Shown one piece after another: positions 20,418-29,943 of a stretch of DNA of 64,000 nt. The notes beneath the pieces were generated by a model. That model did no database searches and was not told the DNA's origin. It was given only the letters and a program-made list of their open reading frames with translations. Both the position numbers and the translations under genes were made by a program. The stretch's first letter is position 1. The number at the start of each line of letters is the position of its first letter. The stretch lies in assembly GCA_050250375.1 (NCBI GenBank), contig JBFWOS010000001.1:830361-894360 (forward strand). The letters are read 5' to 3'. The DNA is from Candidatus Omnitrophota bacterium (lineage in GTDB: Bacteria; Omnitrophota; Gorgyraeia; Zapsychrales; Zapsychraceae).

Positions 20418-20562
20418 ATCTCGACTCCTTTTCGTCTGATGATCTGATGAGTGGATCTTGATCAATTTTCCGAATTATACATCAAAAACCGGGGATGGAC
20501 ATCTGTTTCCCCCATTTTCTGGCCAAATCTAAAAATCCAATCAATTTAAGACAGAATCATTA

Positions 20563-20760
20563 TCATGGTTTATTTTGGAAAAGACCGAAATAAAACAGCA
20601 TTGCGCCAAAGGCGAAGAAAACAGCCACCGAGGACCAAAACATCATTGATTGTTCGTCCCGTGAATAACACCGGCCCTTGCAATAAATCTTACCTTGACG
20701 GATTCCGTATCCGGCGGCGGCAAAAAAAGCCGTACCCATTAATAATAAAAGTATCCTCAT
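20563..20760 (-). CDS. Small membrane protein
   Basis: MRILLLL start with RBS AAGGG; two TM helices around an RxxxPxxFW-like loop. Confidence 0.65.
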   Translation of the reverse strand: MRILLLLMGTAFFAAAGYGIRQGKIYCKGRCYSRDEQSMMFWSSVAVFFAFGAMLFYFGLFQNKP

Positions 20761-20773
20761 GTTATCCCTTAAA

Positions 20774-21370
20774 TCACGCGACAGGAATTGTCTGCTGGAA
20801 ACTCTCACGCTGGCTGACCTGGTCAAACCACCGCAGCAGGTTTTTACAACCCTTCTGGGGCCAGAGATGTCCCTGACGGAATTTGACATATCCAAGCGCG
20901 CAGACGACCGATATTGAAGCCATGTTAAACTTCTCTAACAGGGCCAGCTGTTTGTCAAAATATTCAATGGTTCTGATGATGGCGGCCTCTTTGCCCTGAA
21001 TAAATGACTGGTTGAAATCATCCGGATGCAGGACGGCTTTTTCATAATACGTGGCCACGGTTATATCGGCCAGCCCTTTAGCGATCGTATCAAGATTAAG
21101 CACATCCAGCCTTTTTTTGGGATTGGCCGGAATCAGGACCGGGCTTTTCTTCAATCCATCCAGATATTCACAGATCAGCGAACTGTCGCAAACCGCTCTC
21201 TGGTCATCCAGGATTAATGTCGGAATCTTCCCGAGCGGATTGTGGCCGGTCAACTGAGAAGATTTATTCGTCAAGTCTTCAGGGATAAGTTCCAGTTTAA
21301 TTTTTTTCTCAAGGGCCACAACCAGCACTTTGCGGGCGTAGGGCGACCGTTTTGTATATAACAATTTCAT
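20774..21370 (-). CDS. Glutathione S-transferase family protein
   Basis: SPYARKV, NPLGKIPTL and DSSLICEYLD motifs. Confidence 0.93.
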   Translation of the reverse strand: MKLLYTKRSPYARKVLVVALEKKIKLELIPEDLTNKSSQLTGHNPLGKIPTLILDDQRAVCDSSLICEYLDGLKKSPVLIPANPKKRLDVLNLDTIAKGLADITVATYYEKAVLHPDDFNQSFIQGKEAAIIRTIEYFDKQLALLEKFNMASISVVCALGYVKFRQGHLWPQKGCKNLLRWFDQVSQRESFQQTIPVA

Positions 21371-21384
21371 GATTGAACCCCGGT

Positions 21385-21783
21385 TTAATATTGAAGATAG
21401 TGGACTTTTCTGATCTGGTTGTTTTCATCGTATTCGATGGTAACCAGTTCCTCGGTCTGGACAAAATCTTCCAGAGGAGTCCCGATCAGTTCCCATAACC
21501 CGAGCGTACCGACATCCAGGGCCGTATAAACACCGGCCCGGGTGACACCCCAGCCCCGGCTGTTACGCTGAAGTTTGTATTCGTCGATAATGACGTTTCC
21601 TTTGGCCTGGCTGGATATGGGTTGTCCCAACTGACTGATGACAAAGTTCCGGTCCCGTCCGTAAGCCAGGATCGTCCCTTTGTTGGTGCTGTTGATGGTC
21701 GCGGCTTTTCTCACAGAACATCCGCTCAAAAGCCCGACAACCAGAAACAAACCGATCAGATAATAATTATTTTTTAACGACAT
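21385..21783 (-). CDS. Lipoprotein, unknown function
   Basis: LSGC lipobox; LGQP and DVGTLGLWELIGTPLE motifs. Confidence 0.8.
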   Translation of the reverse strand: MSLKNNYYLIGLFLVVGLLSGCSVRKAATINSTNKGTILAYGRDRNFVISQLGQPISSQAKGNVIIDEYKLQRNSRGWGVTRAGVYTALDVGTLGLWELIGTPLEDFVQTEELVTIEYDENNQIRKVHYLQY

Positions 21784-21825
21784 GTTTTACTCCTTCATTT
21801 TTCTTCATCCCTGAAAAGGAATGCC

Positions 21826-21892
21826 GAGGTCCGCCTTCGGCGGGATCTCACCGATGCAAAGCATCGGCGGATCCGCCATCAATAATGACGGC
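21826..21892. repeat. Cluster of four short GC-rich hairpins/palindromes
   Basis: CCGCC-TTC-GGCGG, CCGATGC-AAA-GCATCGG, GGCGGATCCGCC and GCCATCA-ATAA-TGACGGC. Confidence 0.7.
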
Positions 21893-21897
21893 CTTTT

Positions 21898-22455
21898 TTA
21901 CATCTCATTGATCATTTCGCTTAAAACAAACAGATACCAAAGATTTCCGCCGATATGTGTTCCGTTCGCGTGTTCATCCAGCAAGTATTGCTTCATATCC
22001 TTTCTCGGGACAAGGACGACTTCAATATCTTCACTGGGTTCAAGCGCCTGCCGGGGCGTTTTATTTTCTTCCAGATGTTCATCGACCTCAATATAAACCG
22101 TCATCCCGCTGTCATTGACAATCCCGGAATTCGTTTTCATGACCGGGCTGGCATGTTTGATGCGGCCGGTGTATCCTGTCTCTTCTTTCAGTTCAACCAG
22201 GGCATGTTCCGGATCACCATCGGCAATCCCCGCCGGAAACCCGATCACGTAACCGTTGATGGCCGGACGAAATTGTTTGACCAGAATAAACCGGCCTGAA
22301 GGCACCAGCCGGGCGATCGCGACGACACCGACCCAAGGTTTTCGGCGTTTAACGCTTTCCCATACAACTGTTTCGCCATGTTTGTTTTCATATACGCTCT
22401 CAACAAGCGTCAGCCAGTGGCCCTGATATAAATCTTTTTGTGAAATCTGCTTCAT
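21898..22455 (-). CDS. NUDIX hydrolase (ADP-sugar pyrophosphatase-like)
   Basis: KQFRPA, FPAG and ELKEETGY Nudix box. Confidence 0.9.
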   Translation of the reverse strand: MKQISQKDLYQGHWLTLVESVYENKHGETVVWESVKRRKPWVGVVAIARLVPSGRFILVKQFRPAINGYVIGFPAGIADGDPEHALVELKEETGYTGRIKHASPVMKTNSGIVNDSGMTVYIEVDEHLEENKTPRQALEPSEDIEVVLVPRKDMKQYLLDEHANGTHIGGNLWYLFVLSEMINEM

Positions 22456-22585
22456 CGGAGGTGTATTTTCTTTTCAATTTTATCACACAACTATATCTTA
22501 TTATCTAATTATTTAGTACGACATCAAGCAAATTCATATAATCATGGAAAGAGTTGGATTCCAGGTCTTTTAGGGAGAAATACTG

Positions 22586-23557
22586 TTATTTTCTGGCTAG
22601 AAAAATGCCGCGTTTCGGGGCCGGATAACCTTCAACCGTCAAATCGTGATTATTTGGGTCAAGAAAATCTGAAAGGGACTGATCGCCGATCCAATTCGTA
22701 ACGCGCTGTTCTTGCGAAGTAGTTTTGGTGACATCCACCAGACGGACATCTTTAAGTCCGGCCCGTTTCATCCAAATTTCCAGGATCCCGGGTGACGGGA
22801 TAAACCACACGTTCGACATCCGCGCGTAACGGTCCTGCGGGGTCAGCACTTCCCCCTGCTCATTATCAATGACCAGGGTTTCCAGGACAAGTTCTCCGCC
22901 TTCTTTCAGAAATGATTTTAACTGGAACAAATGATTAATCGGGGAACGCCGGTGATACAAAAGTCCCATTGAGAAAACCGTATCAAAATAATCGAATTGA
23001 CGCGGTAAATCGTCCACACTCAAAGGGAAAACAGCCACAGACGGCAGGGCGACATATTTCTGGATGCTTAAGAATTGCATCACATAATACATCGTCGGAT
23101 CAATCCCGACTACCATCTTCGCTCCTTCAGCCGCCATCCGCCAGCCGTGATATCCGTTCCCGCAGCCGACATCAAGCACATACCGTCCGCGCAAAGGTGT
23201 AATATGCGGGATGACCCGGTCCCATTTTAAATCCGAACGCCATTCCGCGTCGATTTCCACTCCGAACAGATTATACGGCCCTTTTCTCCACGGGTGCAGC
23301 TGACGCAGGAGTAATTCCATAGTCTGCCGGGAAGCCTCATCACAATCTTCAGGACAGCCGATCTGGATAGACGGGGCATTTAAATTCAGTTTTGACGGTT
23401 TGATATCGGGCAGCTGATCAATCACGCTCAGCCATTTGGGAAGGTCGCCCCAGTATTGAAAATCAAAACTCGTTTCAACCTGCCGGGACAGGCTCTCTGC
23501 CCACGACGATAAGCGGGAAGTCTGGATTAACTGGAACGTCTGCTCATAAAAGTTCAT
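22586..23557 (-). CDS. cmoB: tRNA U34 carboxymethyltransferase
   Basis: PWRKGP, IDAEWRSDLKW, DVGCGNGYH, YHRRSP and EGYPAP motifs. Confidence 0.96.
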   Translation of the reverse strand: MNFYEQTFQLIQTSRLSSWAESLSRQVETSFDFQYWGDLPKWLSVIDQLPDIKPSKLNLNAPSIQIGCPEDCDEASRQTMELLLRQLHPWRKGPYNLFGVEIDAEWRSDLKWDRVIPHITPLRGRYVLDVGCGNGYHGWRMAAEGAKMVVGIDPTMYYVMQFLSIQKYVALPSVAVFPLSVDDLPRQFDYFDTVFSMGLLYHRRSPINHLFQLKSFLKEGGELVLETLVIDNEQGEVLTPQDRYARMSNVWFIPSPGILEIWMKRAGLKDVRLVDVTKTTSQEQRVTNWIGDQSLSDFLDPNNHDLTVEGYPAPKRGIFLARK

Positions 23558-24291
23558 TTGAAGGCGATCATTGAGACAAAATTAAAACAACGGAACCAGA
23601 CATGGGCGTGCTTAAAACCGGCTTGTTGAATTCTCTCCAGGTGCACCTCCAGTGTGTCCGGAACAAGCACGTTTTCAAGGGCCGTGCGTTTCTGGGAGAT
23701 TTCCAATTCACTGTAACCGTTGAGTTTTTTAAAGGAATGATGCAGTTCGGTCTGGACTTTTTGTTCTTCGGGATCCGTAAAATCAATCTTTTCCGAAATG
23801 ACCAGGACTCCTCCGGGTAAAAGTCCGTCGTAAATCCTCCGGATCAAGGATGCCCTGTGATCGGGACTGATAAATTGCAGGGTAAAATTTATAGCCGCAA
23901 ACGAAGCGTTTTCGATCGGGGTTTCAACAATATCCCCGCAGATGATCTCAACCGGGACCGTCAAATTGCTGCGGACAATGTTCTGCCGGCATTTGCCCAC
24001 CATCGCCTCGGAATTGTCGACCGCGATAATCTTGACGTTTTCTTTTTGAATGAACCGGCGCATGGCCAGTGTCCCCGCCCCCAGCGAACAGCCAAGATCA
24101 TAACAAAGGCTGTCGGCTTGGGTATACTGCCCGGCCAGGACACCCACCATGTGGATGATCGACCCGTATCCGGGGACACTTCTTCGGATCATATCATCGA
24201 AGACATTGGCGACCTGTTCATCAAACACAAAGTCCCCGATATAAGCCTGCGGCTGGGCGTACAATGAATCTTTGGATTGCTCCGGCATCAT
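23554..24291 (-). CDS. cmoA: Carboxy-S-adenosyl-L-methionine synthase
   Basis: VFDDMIRRSVPGY, DLGCSLG, NFTLQF and GYSELEISQKR motifs. Confidence 0.96.
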   Translation of the reverse strand: MMPEQSKDSLYAQPQAYIGDFVFDEQVANVFDDMIRRSVPGYGSIIHMVGVLAGQYTQADSLCYDLGCSLGAGTLAMRRFIQKENVKIIAVDNSEAMVGKCRQNIVRSNLTVPVEIICGDIVETPIENASFAAINFTLQFISPDHRASLIRRIYDGLLPGGVLVISEKIDFTDPEEQKVQTELHHSFKKLNGYSELEISQKRTALENVLVPDTLEVHLERIQQAGFKHAHVWFRCFNFVSMIAFK

Positions 24292-24360
24292 GGATTTTTC
24301 CTTTTGTCCATTCCTTAAAGAAACGTATTATAGGCAATTTTTAATTTTATTTCTACTGAT

Positions 24361-25356
24361 TTAAAATAAATGGATGGAACGGCCGATTTTTTTCTGCCGG
24401 GCCGTCTGGTAGACAAGGTGGGCGACCGCCGCATCTTGAATGGCTAGACCGGTTGAATCAAAGACCGTAACTTTTTTCGCGTTTCTGACAAATTTCTTTT
24501 TGCCGGCTACGATCTCTCCCAGATGGGCAAAAATTTTTCTCTTTGTGATCAAACCTTTTTTAAGAGGAACATTAATCTCTCCACTGTGAGAAGCCTGCTC
24601 CCAATCATCAATGACCACAGTCCCTTGCTGCAAAATTCTGGGATCCAATTCCTCTTTCCCGGCGGCGTCAGCGCCCATAGCGTTGATATGCGCCCCCGGT
24701 TTGACCCATGGATAAAAAACGATCGGTTTACGCACCGGGGTTGTGGTCACAATGATATCCGCTGATTCGACACACTCTTTAATTTGGGTTGATTGGATCA
24801 TCGCCTCCCCTTTGATTTTCATCCGTTTTATAAAGGCTGAACTCAAACCCGGCAGATGCCCCCAAACACGCACTTCCTTGACGGGAAAAACACAACGAAG
24901 CATCTGCAATTGCGTCACCGCCTGGACACCGCAGCCAACAAGACTGACAACACTGGATTTCTTATCAGCCAGGTATTTCGCCGCGACCGCGCCGGCCGCG
25001 CCGGTTCGCACGGCTGTCAGATACGTCGCGTCCATGATACTTAATGGAAAACCCGTTTTCGGATCATTCAAGATCAACACCGCCATCACGGCCGGCAATC
25101 CGATCTTCGGATTATCCGGATGCGCATTAACCCATTTTAAAACACAGCTCTGCGGATGTTCAATATAAGCCGGCATGGCCCTGAAGTCGCCCTTATATTT
25201 TTTGAGATCAAGATAAACCTTCGGCGGCATCAGCACTTTCTTAAGACCGTACTGCCGGAACACGGCCTGCACCGCGTCAATAGCGCTCTTAAGATGGATC
25301 GTTTTTTCAATATCGCGTCTGGTAAGAATTAATGTGCTTGAGAATTTTTCAGACAT
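24361..25356 (-). CDS. Ornithine cyclodeaminase/mu-crystallin family protein (archaeal-type alanine dehydrogenase-like)
   Basis: GDFRAMPAY, KWVNAHPDN, RTGAAGA, GADAAGKEE and FDSTGLAIQD motifs. Confidence 0.88.
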   Translation of the reverse strand: MSEKFSSTLILTRRDIEKTIHLKSAIDAVQAVFRQYGLKKVLMPPKVYLDLKKYKGDFRAMPAYIEHPQSCVLKWVNAHPDNPKIGLPAVMAVLILNDPKTGFPLSIMDATYLTAVRTGAAGAVAAKYLADKKSSVVSLVGCGVQAVTQLQMLRCVFPVKEVRVWGHLPGLSSAFIKRMKIKGEAMIQSTQIKECVESADIIVTTTPVRKPIVFYPWVKPGAHINAMGADAAGKEELDPRILQQGTVVIDDWEQASHSGEINVPLKKGLITKRKIFAHLGEIVAGKKKFVRNAKKVTVFDSTGLAIQDAAVAHLVYQTARQKKIGRSIHLF

Positions 25357-25750
25357 TTGGATTATAGGATTTGTTTTTGGGAACAATCATGAACATAATG
25401 ATATAAGCAATAATACCGATCCCGCCGGCAAACGCTCCGACCAGGAATAAGACACGAAAAATAACAGGGTCAATATCAAAATACTGCCCCAGCCCTGCGC
25501 AGACTCCGGCCATTTTCTTATCGTTCTCAGCCAGATAAAGTCTCCGGATTTGACCCGATAATTCCATCTGGTTATTCAACGGCACAATCACCCACATGAT
25601 GATATAAACAAGAAATCCGATCCCGAAACCAATGATGAGGATGAGAAAAATAATACGGAAGAAAACAGGGTCGACCAGAAAATATTCGCCCAACCCGCTG
25701 CATACGCCGGCGATCTTATGTTCTTTTCTAATACGGTATAATTTCTTCAT
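25349..25750 (-). CDS. pspC: Tandem PspC domain protein
   Basis: Two copies of K(I/M)AGVCxGLGxYFxxDPVxFR...YIIMxxIVP. Confidence 0.88.
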   Translation of the reverse strand: MKKLYRIRKEHKIAGVCSGLGEYFLVDPVFFRIIFLILIIGFGIGFLVYIIMWVIVPLNNQMELSGQIRRLYLAENDKKMAGVCAGLGQYFDIDPVIFRVLFLVGAFAGGIGIIAYIIMFMIVPKNKSYNPNV

Positions 25751-25814
25751 CACACTATACTCTAATTTAATTATAGCATAGCATAATATCAAATTTTTCC
25801 AGGCAATATGTGGA

Positions 25815-26285
25815 TTATAATTTGGCCTGATGGATGGCTTTGGCTTCAAAATTTCTCAGCCGTCTTAACTCGCTGTAAAGAATACTGCGGGCCGGATGTT
25901 TTCCGCCATGGTGGTCAATGACCATAACCGGTTCACCTGCGGTGGTAAAACTGGCGAACTGGTCAATAAACTGTTCCGTGCTGGTCACGCTAGTTCCGAC
26001 TGAATTATATTTTACATTAAGGTACTGGGCGGCCTGAAGCGACGTATATTCCTGGCCTGAACGGATGATTTTGAAATTCGACTGCTTGACCAGATGGATT
26101 AAATATCGTATTTCACCAGCGTTAGCCGACTGGCTGGCCTTGTAAATCTTGTACGCCTCCGATTGCTCGATTTGCCCGTTGTTCGATAAAATTTCATGAT
26201 TCTCATCTCCGGAAACAGGCCTTACCAATAAAGTCAGAATAGACAGCAGCATAAACAACACGATCGCGATGATACGTTTTAACAT
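25815..26285 (-). CDS. Secreted DUF5329-like protein
   Basis: Signal peptide; EIxYLI, IRSGxEY, YLxxKY and TEQFIDxxAS motifs. Confidence 0.75.
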   Translation of the reverse strand: MLKRIIAIVLFMLLSILTLLVRPVSGDENHEILSNNGQIEQSEAYKIYKASQSANAGEIRYLIHLVKQSNFKIIRSGQEYTSLQAAQYLNVKYNSVGTSVTSTEQFIDQFASFTTAGEPVMVIDHHGGKHPARSILYSELRRLRNFEAKAIHQAKL

Positions 26286-26302
26286 CCTCTCCCCCTCCCA
26301 AT

Positions 26303-26335
26303 AAAAAAGAGCCTATCCTTAATCAGAATAGACTC
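26303..26335 (-). terminator. Intrinsic terminator forming the riboswitch expression platform
   Basis: GAGTCTATTCT-loop-AGGATAGGCTC followed by T6, just upstream of the RBS. Confidence 0.8.
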
Positions 26336-26364
26336 CTCTACCTGTACAATAAATGTACACTGCT

Positions 26365-26486
26365 CCATTCGGTAGCTAGGCTATCCTTTAAAGGACCCTT
26401 GGCTTTGCCGGCCCCCTATCTAGGAGGCCGCCTGATATCCGTGGATACCAGGGTCCCTGAGTTTCCTCAGGTTTGCCGTTTCGTGG
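26365..26486 (-). ncRNA. c-di-GMP-I (GEMM) riboswitch aptamer with a 44-nt insertion
   Basis: Minus strand reads CCACG..GGCAAAC-CTGAG-GAAA-CTCAG-GGAC-[44 nt]-GCAAAGCC...TAGC...TACCGAATGG, matching the Vc2 consensus with G20, A47 and C92 equivalents. Confidence 0.85.
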
Positions 26487-26624
26487 TTATCTCAAAAACC
26501 TATACTAAGTATAATCGGTCAAGTCGGGTAATGCCAATTTATTTCAGCACGCCTGTTAATGGCTGGGACATAACCGCTTTAGAATAACAAATACACAGCC
26601 GCCTTGTCCAGCCACTCATCGGAA

Positions 26625-27647
26625 TTATTTCGTCTCCCGTTCAACCCGGTTGACAATCCCGCGTAACAACCGGCCCAGAATATCCGCCCCGGTTATAATG
26701 CGCTTTTCTTTTTTCCAATACAAAATCAAATCATCATCAATAACATCATCTTCTTTATGTTCCGCCCTGACTTTAAATTTAAAGATAACCTCCCCTAACA
26801 TGGTGCCGGGTTTATTGATTAAAATAGGCCGGTGACAATACATGAGGATACTTTTGCCCTCTTTGGAATACATGATGTCCCGCAAAAAACCGTCAGAATT
26901 GAGAACTACCATCGGTTTATGTTTTAAGTCAGTAATAATCACCCACTTCTTGCCGGACGCATAAATTTTTTGCAAAAACGGATCATTCGGCTCGCGTTTG
27001 AAGTCCGGAAACACCGGGAGTCCTTTTTCGTTGGATTCCAGGGCGATAATGCTTAATGGGTCGATGATTTCCCCCTCATCCCTCAACTTGACATCATCCA
27101 GTTCAAAAAAATTCATCGCCCCCTGGGTTTCCAGGAGTTCAATGTCTGTGTGTCCGGAATGGACATGACGTTTAAGCATATGCACGATTTCTTTTTCCTG
27201 GAAGTACGCAATCTCCTCTTTGCCCAGCAGTGAATCCAGCAGTTTGGCCGTCGGTTTGGCCAGCGGATATAACAGAAACTGATAAAAACGGACGATCGGG
27301 ACTAGGATAAAACTGGATTTTAACGCGTGCCGGGCCAGGTACGCCTGGGGGAAGATTTCTCCCAATATGGTGATGACAAAGGTCGAAAAAATAAAAGCAC
27401 CGATACCCGATAAAACTGATTCAGAAAGCAACGCCAACAACACATTCACCGAGACATTGCCCCATAACAGGGTGGCTAATAAAAAATGCGCGTCCTTGCG
27501 TAAATTCAATATCCGCAGTGCGTCCTTATTACCCAGGTCAGCCTGTATTTCAAGACGAAGCCGGCTGACCCCGAAACAACCGAGGTTTAATCCGGAAAAA
27601 ATCCCCGAATGCAACAAACAAACCAATATCCCGATCCATTGAATCAT
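26625..27647 (-). CDS. DUF21/CNNM (CorC-HlyC N-terminal) membrane protein
   Basis: SGIFSGLNLG, LATLLWGNV and GEIFPQA motifs. Confidence 0.9.
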   Translation of the reverse strand: MIQWIGILVCLLHSGIFSGLNLGCFGVSRLRLEIQADLGNKDALRILNLRKDAHFLLATLLWGNVSVNVLLALLSESVLSGIGAFIFSTFVITILGEIFPQAYLARHALKSSFILVPIVRFYQFLLYPLAKPTAKLLDSLLGKEEIAYFQEKEIVHMLKRHVHSGHTDIELLETQGAMNFFELDDVKLRDEGEIIDPLSIIALESNEKGLPVFPDFKREPNDPFLQKIYASGKKWVIITDLKHKPMVVLNSDGFLRDIMYSKEGKSILMYCHRPILINKPGTMLGEVIFKFKVRAEHKEDDVIDDDLILYWKKEKRIITGADILGRLLRGIVNRVERETK

Positions 27648-27680
27648 AACTCTCCTTATATTTTAAAGTTAGTAATTAAA

Positions 27681-29135
27681 TTATAATAGCGGAGCCAGTA
27701 ACCTGGCCAATGAATTCCGTAACTTCACCGCTTCACTCAATTTTCCATAATCGCTCAAATTAAATTCGCGGGAAGCCGATAAATCTTTTTTGAAATCCTC
27801 CTCCAGCTGTGCGGCACATTTTAGATCATAAATCAGCATATTCAGTTCATAATTCAGATGAAAACTGCGCACATCCATATTCGCGGTTCCCACGGAACAT
27901 ATTTCAGAATCAATCATGATCGTTTTGGCGTGCATGAATCCCGCCTGATAATGATAGATCCTGACACCGGCCAGCAACAAATCCTTGAAATAAGAAAATG
28001 CGGACCAGTATGGCAATTTTTTATCAGGAACACCGGCAATAATAATCCGGACATCCAGGCCGCTCAGGGCCGCTGTTTTTAGCGCCGTATGGACACTGAC
28101 ATCCGGAATAAAATACGGCGACTGGATATAAACCTTTTTTTCCGCCAGGGTAATCAGTGTAAAATAAAGCTGTTTGATGGAGGGCCACTGTGAATCAGGC
28201 CCGGAAGTCGATACCTGCACCGCCAACATTTCCTCCTCCCGGATGACCCGGGGAAAATATTTTTGGCCGAACAATTCCTGCCCGGTGGTGTTAAACCAGC
28301 TGGTGGCAAAGACCCCCTGAAGGACAGACACGGTTTCGCCTTCAATCCTAAGATGGGTGTCCCTCCATTCCTTAAAGTGCTTTCCGCCATTGATATATTC
28401 CTCCCCCATATTCATTCCGCCGGTATATCCCATCTTCCCATCAATAATAACAATTTTCCGGTGATTGCGGTAATTGAGGGTATGAATTTTCCATGGAGAA
28501 AGAAAATTAAAATACGGGTATATCTGGACCCCCGCGTCGCGAAGCTCTTTTAGGTAACTCTTCTTAATAAAGATACTGCCGATCGCATCGTAGAGGATCC
28601 TCACCTCAATTCCTTCCGAAACCTTTTTGATCAGAATGCTTTTGATTTCCTGCGTGAGGCTGTCGACCCGCCAGATAAAATATTCCATATGGATAAATTC
28701 TTTGGCATTCCTAAGATCCTCCATAAGAACAGGAAACTTCGAACTTCCATTTTGAAGGATCTGGATTTTATTTGTCGTCGTCAAAATAGAGTTTGAATTC
28801 TTGGACAGCAAATGAAAAAGTTTCTTTTTGTGGACCAGTCCGACCTGTTCCTCAAGTCTCCTGAGTTCATCTTTCTGGCGGTTTATTAACGGCGCGAGGG
28901 TGTCGGCCAATTTTTTCTCCAGGAACTGCTTGGCCAGTCGTTCGTTCTTGTCGATCCGGCGCCAGTTTCGTCCTATAAAAATATAAATGATCACTCCGAT
29001 CACCGGCAGCAGGATAAAGACAAGCACCCACGCTAACGTTGAGGACGGCTCACGATTATCCAGAAGCAGGAGGATAATCGTTACGACCACATAAATATGA
29101 AAACAAACAACCAGCACAGGGATCAGATGTTCCAT
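27681..29135 (-). CDS. cls: Cardiolipin synthase
   Basis: PLDc_N TM region; two HKD motifs (HRKIVIIDG, HAKTIMIDS). Confidence 0.95.
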   Translation of the reverse strand: MEHLIPVLVVCFHIYVVVTIILLLLDNREPSSTLAWVLVFILLPVIGVIIYIFIGRNWRRIDKNERLAKQFLEKKLADTLAPLINRQKDELRRLEEQVGLVHKKKLFHLLSKNSNSILTTTNKIQILQNGSSKFPVLMEDLRNAKEFIHMEYFIWRVDSLTQEIKSILIKKVSEGIEVRILYDAIGSIFIKKSYLKELRDAGVQIYPYFNFLSPWKIHTLNYRNHRKIVIIDGKMGYTGGMNMGEEYINGGKHFKEWRDTHLRIEGETVSVLQGVFATSWFNTTGQELFGQKYFPRVIREEEMLAVQVSTSGPDSQWPSIKQLYFTLITLAEKKVYIQSPYFIPDVSVHTALKTAALSGLDVRIIIAGVPDKKLPYWSAFSYFKDLLLAGVRIYHYQAGFMHAKTIMIDSEICSVGTANMDVRSFHLNYELNMLIYDLKCAAQLEEDFKKDLSASREFNLSDYGKLSEAVKLRNSLARLLAPLL

Positions 29136-29138
29136 CGT

Positions 29139-29933
29139 TTATATTTCCATTTCCAGTTCAGCCCAGATTGGAAAATGGTCGCTGGGTTTCTTGGACTGAA
29201 CCTTATCCGTTTCCACCATCCGCAGACCTTTTGTAAAAATATGATCCAGGGACGTTTTTTTATTCAGGATATACCAATGTTTATAAGACCACGCGATATT
29301 CTTCGTTGCCAGGTCAAATCCGCTATGAATAAAAGGATCTATCGTGGCAAAGTAATTTTTCTTCGTCAATGTGTTGAAATCCCCCCCGATAATACAGTGT
29401 CTGACCGTTTCCGGGATGGCGCTGATAATCGATTTCATCTGGCGGGTGCGCAATTCGGTCTTCAACCAGACTCCCATATGGATGCTGATCGCCAGGATTT
29501 TGGTATCGCCGATCGTAATGCCGGCCAGGACAGCGATTCTCTGGAGTTTGTTCATTTCCACATGCGGGAGGATCAGCTTTTGATGATCCGTGATCGGCCA
29601 TTTTGAAAGGATGGCGTTGCCGAAATCACGTCCGTGATTGGGATGTTTAACCGCCGGATAATAGACGAAATTATACTGCAGCTCATCGGAAATATGCCTG
29701 ACCCCGTCCGCATCCATTTCTTGCAGCAGCACGATATCCGCGTGATTCAAATTGGGATGGTTTTTGATCAGCTCAACGGCATGTTTAACTTTCTTGGCGA
29801 ACTGAATATTATACGTAAATACGCGGATCTTCCCGGTCGGTTTTTGCTGTGTTTTGTAATCCAGGTGTAGATACTGCGGCTCGGACGGGTGAGTGTAATT
29901 TCTTTTCTTATTGTTCAAATGTATAAATCGCAC
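29139..29933 (-). CDS. Endonuclease/exonuclease/phosphatase (EEP) family protein
   Basis: TYNI, LQE, GNAILSK, GGDFN, LDHIF and SDHFP motifs; GTG start. Confidence 0.9.
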   Translation of the reverse strand: MRFIHLNNKKRNYTHPSEPQYLHLDYKTQQKPTGKIRVFTYNIQFAKKVKHAVELIKNHPNLNHADIVLLQEMDADGVRHISDELQYNFVYYPAVKHPNHGRDFGNAILSKWPITDHQKLILPHVEMNKLQRIAVLAGITIGDTKILAISIHMGVWLKTELRTRQMKSIISAIPETVRHCIIGGDFNTLTKKNYFATIDPFIHSGFDLATKNIAWSYKHWYILNKKTSLDHIFTKGLRMVETDKVQSKKPSDHFPIWAELEMEI

Positions 29934-29943
29934 AGACGAACCT

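Noticed and set aside
26399-26587. 62-aa plus-strand ORF
   Set aside because: Antisense to the riboswitch, with no RBS or protein-like features
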